A stretch of DNA of 54,277 bases from an uncultured Gammaproteobacteria bacterium. GTDB lineage: Bacteria > Pseudomonadota > Gammaproteobacteria > JADZEE01. The DNA lies in NCBI GenBank assembly GCA_964404305.1, contig CAYOJP010000001.1:28663-82939 (forward strand), read 5' to 3'. Positions within the stretch are counted from its first letter, which is position 1; the number at the start of each line of letters is the position of its first letter. A program made the position numbers and the translations under genes. Below, in pieces: positions 53,305-54,277 of the stretch. The notes beneath the pieces are model-generated. The model made no database searches and was not told where the DNA came from. It worked only from the letters and a program-made list of their open reading frames with translations.

Positions 53305-53954
53305 GCCTTGCGGATCTCGTCGAGCGACTCGACGATTTTGCTCGACAGGCCGTACTCGACCGACTCCTTCGCGGTGAGCCAGAAGTCGCGGTTGGCGTCG
53401 TTCAGGATGCTCTTGGCCGTGCGACCCGTCTCGCGCGAGAGGATCTCGTTGTACAGGTCGCGCAGCTTGATGATCTCGGCGGCCGTGATCTCGATGTCGC
53501 TGGCCTGCCCCTGGCTCTGCGTCGAGGGCTGGTGGATCAGGAAGCGGCTGTTGGGCAGCGTGAAGCGCCGGCCCTTCTTGCCGCCGACGAAGATGATCAC
53601 CGCGGCCGAAGCCGCCAGTCCGAAGCAGACGGTCGTGATCGGCGCGCGCACCATGCGCATCGCGTCGTAGATGCCGAAGCCCGAGTCGGCGTCGCCGCCG
53701 GGGCTGTTCACCCAGACGGTGATGGGCGCCTTGGGATCCTTGGCGTCGAGCAGCAGCAGCTGCGCGACGACGCCGGCCGCCATCTGCCGATCGACGGGCT
53801 TGGCGATGATGATGACGCGCTGCTCGAGCAACCCCTTGCCCACGAAGTCGGCCACGCCCCCGCCCTCCTTGGCCTTGGGGTGCTCGTCGCAGTCGCCGTC
53901 CTCGTCGTCGTCGTCGTCATCGAGACGGGGCTGGCCGCCGTGCAGGAACTTCAT
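53301..53954 (-). CDS. clpP: ClpP-family serine protease subunit with atypical acidic N-terminus
   Basis: The 217 aa ORF has the catalytic triad contexts conserved: FGLAASAA (Ser), NSRFLIHQP (His) and NRDFWLTAKESVEYGL (Asp). The core also includes NSPGG. The N-terminus reads MKFLHGGQPRLDDDDDDEDGDCDEHPKAKEGGG and replaces the canonical axial-loop sequence. Confidence 0.85.
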   Translation of the reverse strand: MKFLHGGQPRLDDDDDDEDGDCDEHPKAKEGGGVADFVGKGLLEQRVIIIAKPVDRQMAAGVVAQLLLLDAKDPKAPITVWVNSPGGDADSGFGIYDAMRMVRAPITTVCFGLAASAAVIIFVGGKKGRRFTLPNSRFLIHQPSTQSQGQASDIEITAAEIIKLRDLYNEILSRETGRTAKSILNDANRDFWLTAKESVEYGLSSKIVESLDEIRKA

Positions 53955-54277
53955 CGCTGCTCTCCTCAGGATCCTCGCCCCGCCGCGGCAGCGACGGGCG
54001 GGCAGAAACTAGCCGATGGGCCACATCGAATAAAGGGCGCACGCCGTCGGATGGCGCCGTGGCGACGGAGACGGGACAAGGCCTTGCCGCGACGACGCAT
54101 CGGCAATTCCGGCCCGCACGAGCGCGTCGCCGGGCCGGCGCTGCGCCGGGCGACACGAGCGACATCACGCCGATTCGCGCGGGGCATCGCGACCGGGGAA
54201 CACACGCTCGCGTGCCGCGGGGCGGGGCGTGCGGGGGCCTTCGAGCGGCAGCCTTTCGGGGGGCGGAGCGAGAAGGC

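Noticed and set aside
1-54277. Search for rRNA, tRNA, CRISPR arrays, IS elements and prophage genes
   Set aside because: I noticed no cloverleaf-like or rRNA-like conserved stretches, no regularly spaced repeats and no transposase, integrase or phage structural proteins in any frame. The few non-coding gaps are 400 bp or less.
53955-54277. Right-end 320 bp, including 79-83 aa - strand ORFs
   Set aside because: The ORFs are Arg/Pro-rich with no motifs. The region is probably the clpP promoter/leader plus the start of whatever lies beyond the window, and there is not enough sequence to call anything.

Overview
This is a very GC-rich (by eye about 70%, not computed), gene-dense chromosomal segment from a diderm bacterium. 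The diderm call rests on an RND/MFP/outer-membrane-factor efflux operon, many lipobox and signal-peptide proteins, and a Tat signal. I support 38 protein-coding genes covering almost the whole window. I recognised no rRNA, tRNA, CRISPR array, transposase or integrase. Most very long ORFs in the six-frame track are Arg/Ala/Pro/Gly-rich antisense or out-of-frame shadows caused by the GC content. Several real genes are only the C-terminal part of a listed ORF, and I re-assigned their starts by hand.

Gene content, left to right:
- Sugar-type TIM-barrel and Gfo/Idh/MocA pair.
- Giant FG-GAP lipoprotein.
- DUF1338(HglS-like)/FAD-oxidase/LysR/aminotransferase/cyanophycinase block.
- Intradiol dioxygenase and TlpA.
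- Kelch and BNR propeller exoproteins.
- mqnA-top6B-CPBP.
- DUF1579 lipoprotein, Ser/Thr kinase (TPR) and ECF sigma.
- eutBCL.
- Secreted S1 protease.
- Ser/Thr kinase (FGE-like domain) and ECF sigma.
- Duplicated-domain exoprotein.
- RND efflux operon.
- PAP2/vanadium-haloperoxidase-like exoenzyme.
- top6A.
- A long minus-strand operon: ABC permease, unknown protein, TxPSH sulfatase-like enzyme, FKBP, ECF sigma, Ser/Thr kinase.
- HEAT-repeat protein.
- An atypical ClpP.

Main points of interest:
1. Five otherwise unrelated signal-peptide proteins end in the same ~110-120 aa C-terminal module, in two sequence subtypes. It does not look like PEP-CTERM, LPXTG or a T9SS tail. It is my best candidate for an undescribed sorting or secretion tag.
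2. A complete topoisomerase VI is present, with its B and A genes 23.6 kb apart. The B gene is translationally coupled to mqnA.
3. There are three ECF sigma / Ser-Thr kinase pairs with no anti-sigma genes.
4. A eutBC operon carries an orphan BMC-T shell gene (eutL) and an encapsulation-peptide-like EutC N-terminus.

The taxonomic impression (Planctomycetota-, Myxococcota- or similar lineage) is inference only.
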